DNA of 64,000 nucleotides, from positions 109,949 through 173,948 of the forward strand of contig NMRA01000702.1 in NCBI GenBank assembly GCA_002633005.1, in the 5' to 3' direction. Of this stretch, positions 58,270 through 64,000 are shown piece by piece. The DNA is from Phoronis australis (Eukaryota; Animalia; Phoronida). A program made the position numbers and the translations under genes. The notes under the pieces are model-generated. The model ran no database searches, was not told where the DNA came from, and saw only the letters and a list, made by a program, of their open reading frames with translations. The number at the start of each line of letters is the position of its first letter. Within the stretch, counting starts at the first letter, position 1.

Positions 58270-61200
58270 TAGTCGGTGGGCCAGATTTTGTAGGGCCTCT
58301 AGAAAATGGTTTTTGTGAGTACTTTAGGGGGGCAATTTTATTTTGGTGTTTTTTAGTTCATTTATTAGAGTGTTTTCAAAATCTAAAAAGTTCCCACATA
58401 TAAAGTTGCACATTTTTGAGAAATTTGAGTTTGAAGTTACCTAATAATCACCAAAGAGCTTAGTAAACTTATATTTGTAAAAACAACAGTTTTGGTGACT
58501 TTTTTGTAAAACAAGTAATATGGTCCCATCAGTGCCATTGTATTGAACAATATTACACTCACATTACATGTTTTACTATTGTAAATTAATTGTAAACAGT
58601 GAAATTTAAAAAACGTAAAGAGACACCTAGTGGCAAAAATACAAACTAAGTCTGAATGTTTCTAGGAAGTTATTCTGGCATTGTCAGGCAACAAAAATAA
58701 CACAAAACACTTGAGACTGGGCAAAATTTGTGCCTCAATGACTAAAACATTGACTAATGGTGTAAAATACAGCTTGTTTGCATAATACACCAGAAATATG
58801 TTATAGTACAAAAACAATATAGTTGAATGATCTCTGTGAATGTGCACAAAGACTGTATTAAAATAGATTATTCTGACAGCGTTTATTAAGCAGTATGAGA
58901 CAAATACATGACAATGATCAAAGTATGTACTTTCTATGACTTAATCAACAAATAAAATTAACTTTTTAATACAAAAAAGGAAATAACGGGGTTGGAGGTC
59001 TATTTAGGGTTGGCCTGTCAAAGAACTATCCAATGTTATGCAGTCAGTGTTGCTGATGTTACTACAGTTGTCACAGCTGCACATTTCTGTACAGTTTGAC
59101 CCAGCATTGCAGCACAAACTCAGTTTCCCAGCACACATGTTCTTTTTGCACTTGCAGCGTTCATCGTTTAGTACTGTCAATGGAGATGCGGTCATTGCCA
59201 TACATATTAACTGCAAAGCTCCACCGCCAAGGAGCCAACTATGGTCGATTAGAGAGGGTACAGCACTGCACACTGGTGATTAGCCCGCAGGCAATGAAGG
59301 GTCAAACACTAAGTCCTTGTTTGGAGGCGGGCACTATTTGGGCAAACGTTTGATTCAAAATATGTTACAATGGGCTGTGTTAATTAGAGTCAGCAAGTGA
59401 ATTATTGAACACTAGCCTCAATTCACTTTCGTATCTCTTAGTCAGGCACAAACTACAACAGTGAGTAGCTTCAACAATATTTCTTAAGATTGCCTGTCCA
59501 AATAACTTCATGCACACCAGCTTTCTGAAGAACAGCTTCAAAGTCTTGCTTTATTTTTGAAAGGCAAATGACATCTCCATGTGCTAGAAGCTTTGATTCA
59601 ATGAACTCCAAACAAAACTGTAGAAAAACATCTCTGAAAACTGGGGATTCGTCACTCTCCACAATCTTTGTCTTTCTCTTTTTTACAGCATGATGATCTG
59701 TGGTACTTGGCTTCTAAGACACAAGGTCTTTATCTTTGAATTTCATTTGCATATTCAGGGCTCTGGACTGAGCTGTTGCTTGCGATACAAGTCCAACTGA
59801 AAAAAACCCGAACTGTTAACACTAATTTAACATTCAACTATGAGTGAGTTGGCATGCAACTTTTTCAGACGGACGTATCAGGAGCTGATCCACCACCAGC
59901 CTAACAAATTTACATGCCGTTTGATCTGTAGCCTAATAATGTTGATCGTCTAATAATTAGATCAGTAGATGCAGCTGAAAATAAATCAGCTGATATACCT
60001 GTGCAGTGATTGAAATTTAATTTTTTTAAATCAGATGCTCAAACCATAGTCAATCGATTTACACTTAAGGTAATCGACGTTTGACGAAATGGACAGTGGC
60101 TTCCATCGTCCTCAAATTTCGACGGCGACGATGGCCACTTAGGCACTTTAATTTAATTATCATTGCAGCTGCTACCTAAGTAATTAATGTTTACAAAAAA
60201 TTGAGACTACGGCAGGGGATGACGGCCACTTGGGCATGTTGTTTGCAACTATCTACTCCATTTAACCTTCTCAAAAATTTTAGACTTAAAGTGCTTTAAA
60301 ATCACACCCACAGTATAACGCCATAGGATTATCCCTTAGCGCAAGCAGTGTCGATGTGGCAACTGAATGGAGTGTTCGAAAAACAGGATTGCAGGAGTAT
60401 TTGTTTAAACTGGGAACAAATGAAAACATTAACGACCTCCTCAGAGGCATCTCTCTACGCGGTACTTCTAAACTTATAGGAACATAATTTGCCGAAAAGT
60501 ATCCGGCATATGAAGTACCTATAGTATGATCATCGTCTCTACTGGGTCAGCAGTATTGTCTAAGGCCTAGGCAGTCAAGGGGCTGAACAAGTTAAAAAAC
60601 AACTGGTGATAATACTGAATCACACGTGGAAAACACCAAAATGTATTTTTAAAAAACACGTACCTGTTTTTGAAAGCTATACTTCTTTCTCTTTCTTGAA
60701 ATGTGGCCCATAATGTACTTTTCCTGCTAACAAATGATGCACTCATGTTTCAGAATGTTCCTATCTTGTTCAGGTTAATTGGGTGTTTCAGATTTTGGAA
60801 GTGATTGATTTTCTTGGGAAATCTTGGATAACATCTGTATCACTTTCAGCAACTTCAGCTTTAGTACTACTGTTGGTGCCTTGAAACGTTGCTATGCCGT
60901 TCTATGTCCTTTCAATTTTCTGGTCTGACACTTGGTATTCTAGTCTATAGCACTCAGCAGTATACTGTGTAGGCTACCAGGGCATGCAGCTGTTTTCTGC
61001 ACAAACGTTTGTGACACCTCTTCTTCTTTTTGATCTACTGATCTACAGAGTTCCACAGTCAATCAGCTTTCGTCAGGAAGCTTTCCTAAGCTTCTTTAGG
61101 CTCTGACATCACAATTTTGTGCTGTTTGATAAACCTTGAATTATACAGACATCACATTCCATGGGAGCAGCCATATTGAAGTAACTAAGCACAACAATAC

Positions 61201-61432
61201 AATCTGGCTCTCTGATTGGTCAATTCACTAGAAAAGCGCCATCAAGTGGCAGGAATATGCATCATATTTTGTGCAACAAAAACACCTTTTTTTAAAAAAA
61301 TGTGCAAGTGTAGACGTGGGAACTTTTTGGAATTTGATTTTTAGTTATATTATCTAGCCACATAGAAAAAACTAGGTTGCCCCCCCAAAGTACTCACAAG
61401 GGTGAACGCTATGAGATTTGGCCCACCGACTA
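58270..61432 (-). mobile_element. AcademX-like DNA transposon deletion derivative
   Basis: TIRs TAGTCGGTGGGCCA ... TGGCCCACCGACTA, 3-bp TSD TTA on both sides; minus-strand relic with Cys8 finger RCKCKKNMCAGKLSLCCNAGSNCTEMCSCDNCSN. Confidence 0.78.
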
Positions 61433-64000
61433 TTAAGCGCAGGTCACGCTTCGCTCATTTAGCGCACGTTCTGACAAGGGTTACACATCATTATTTTGCT
61501 TTAGAGAGACGAGTGGGAAAGTTGTGTTTAATATCTGGCTTTGATATCCTAATCATTTTATTGCAGATACGTGATACTAGACCAAGCTCCCACCTGGGGT
61601 GTAGATACATGTACGAGTGCTTACACTCTCGCCACGCAACAATCTTAAGTTTACACCGAGCTACGAGCGAATAGTTAAAGGAGAAGGCACCAAAAATAAC
61701 ACCGTATTTTGCATCAATTTAGATCGCGTAGCTCCACTCGATTACTGCAAGTCCAGTTCTTTTACCTGACACCTGACGGCAGATGGAGGTACTGAATGTA
61801 GGTTCTAATACAGACCGTTCAGCAGTTCACAACACGCTTACTGGTGTCAGCTTATCGCTTGACTTCATCGCATTACACCAAAAAATCAGCAAAATTCGGT
61901 AATTCCTTACAAATACGTTGAGTTTTTAAGCAAACGGGTTGTTTTATTTCGCTGTTACAGTTTTATAGAAATATTGAGCGTACCGTAGCTGACAAAGTTC
62001 GGTAAGCTAACTTACCGAGATCGGTCGCGGGAACTTTGGATCTGTTCGGTGATAAATTATAATTATTCTTTCGTGAATTACTGACAGGAGAGCATAGCCG
62101 TATGATGCAATTTTAAAATTGTTTCAGTTCTAAACACACAAAACGCTGGTAACGCAGGCCCGTCGCCGACCGGCGACCGGACTGGACACATCACGAACAT
62201 AAACCAGCCGGGTAACTCGGCTGCCAATGGGACTATTCGGAAAATCTACAATAACTAGAGGGCGTGCGTGTACTAGTGGTGATAGATTAACATCCTCGAT
62301 TTCGCGAGCCCTTAAAATACATGGTGAAATGGTCTGCAGTCGTGCCAACTGAATCTGAGATTGCGTAAAAAGAGTGCTTCGTTCAATGCTGAATGTTTAT
62401 GCTGTCAACTCGGTACAGGTTAATGAGTTAAGATTACAATCCAATCCCAATGGCAAAGGGTACGTGAGTGATAAATATCCATTGCATTAGACTATTTGTT
62501 TATTCCCTATCATATGTCTTCTGGAAATCTATTACACGTTGAAATGGAAATCTATCACGTCAGTTTTCACGTAACCTTTGGTTATTAGGTTTGAAGGCTT
62601 GCACCGTGCAGAGGAGATATGCATCGCTTCTGCACCGTCCCTGAATGGACAAAAATTGGTTTTTAGCATTTGACTACAGCTAACCAACAAGATCTTCCCA
62701 TCCAGTGCAGATCTGTTGTCAAAGCCTACTTTCAATATTGGAGACAACGAACAAAGCCTTTGAAAAGGAACAGCTATTTTTAAAGTCATTTTGTTAAATT
62801 ACTTATTCAGGTCCCGAGGGGGGATTGGCATGGGGGTTGTAATATTTGGTACAACTGAATGTGTGGAAATAACAGGTAATACATGTTTGGGGAAAAGAGC
62901 ATGGTCAGGTAATTCTTAACCTTCACGAAGTCCCTTCAAGTTGATTTCATGACACTGTTTTGCTACTTGTATCAATTGTAAAACCACGAAAATATATTAC
63001 ATTTTCCGAATTCACAGTGACTGAATAGTCTTAACTCATGCCTTGAAATGTTGCAAGTCGTTATAAATTCAAATGACTACCATTTTGTGAAAATTGCATT
63101 TTTGATGGTGCCTTATGATTTGTAATTACTCTTAAACAACAGACAGATTATCCCTCATTTTTAAATGACCCAAGTCTTCATATCTTCTATTAGAAGAAAA
63201 ACGGTTCCCTCAACCTTAGGCTAGAAGTATGCTTGACAGACCCATGAACCTGTAATCTGAGTTTAAAAGTATCAAAATTAAAAAGGCTTGAAAATGGGTA
63301 ACAAAGGTTTGAAGTTGTCTCAAAAAAATTGTATATTTTACAGACAAGTGATGCGTTTAAAGAATTGTTATGGCTAGGGATAAAAAATAAAGACACAGTT
63401 TTATGTAATACTCATTATATACACCTTTGGTTTCTGAAAATAGTAATTATTTACTTTTATGTGAAACTGTAGACGAATCACCATATATTTTTGAAAAACA
63501 GGGATAACATTTTTGATCCAATCTGGAGTACTTAATTATTCATATTTCAATATATGTTCCAGGTTCAGTGACATTTTAAGGCCACTTCAAGCTGTATCAT
63601 AGACAAGCTTTGTTTCTCCGTTCTCTTCCCACAGCACTTCCACACACCAGCAGTGCTGCATGGCACAATGTGCAAGTCAGTGGCCCCGGAGAAATGTGAA
63701 TCGCAGTACTAAGTTATCGTAAGACAATGTGCCAGTGGAGTGTCTGTGTATCCAGACGAACTATATCTGACTGCTACACAAATAAGCCTTGTTGGTGAGG
63801 ATGCCCTTTCATAGGCAATGAGTCATGTGTTGACAATAGCTCATTTCCTTTCCTGGAAGAAACATGAGGGACTGAAGCTAAAGAAGACCTAGTCACACTC
63901 TGGTCTAGTTCAGAGTCTGATTTTGGGCTCAAAACGATTCAAGTGATATGCTGCTGTGTTTACCTTCAAGGGTCTAATTGTGGATGTTATTGAGGCTGAA

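Overview
Eukaryotic (metazoan, invertebrate-like, AT-rich) draft-assembly window with GT-AG introns, four N gaps and many transposon relics; no prokaryotic operons or CRISPR. The core content is a head-to-tail pair of complete 9-exon, minus-strand nicotinic acetylcholine receptor alpha-like (Cys-loop/pLGIC) genes that I assembled by hand: gene A 18246->2486 (1329 nt, 442 aa) and gene B 40519 (or 42958)->23470 (1266 nt, 421 aa). Both keep a signal peptide, the aromatic agonist box and the loop C vicinal cysteines (YPCC). Both have remodelled the elements that couple binding to gating: a 15-residue Cys-loop without FPFD (gene B even lacks the Cys-loop proline), loop-2 Glu replaced by Ile/Leu, a 15-17 aa pre-M1 insertion, no M1 proline, no -1' Glu, Val at 9', Lys/Arg at 17', and a 9-codon-shorter M2/M2-M3 exon. 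This suggests an undescribed non-canonical nAChR subfamily (atypical channel or membrane-tethered ACh-binding protein); that functional reading is inference. The rest is repeats: Penelope-like relics with hammerhead-like motifs, a DIRS/Ngaro-like relic, an RTE LINE, Academ-like and other DNA elements, Helentron-like elements, tandem arrays, and duplications that are probably uncollapsed haplotypes.
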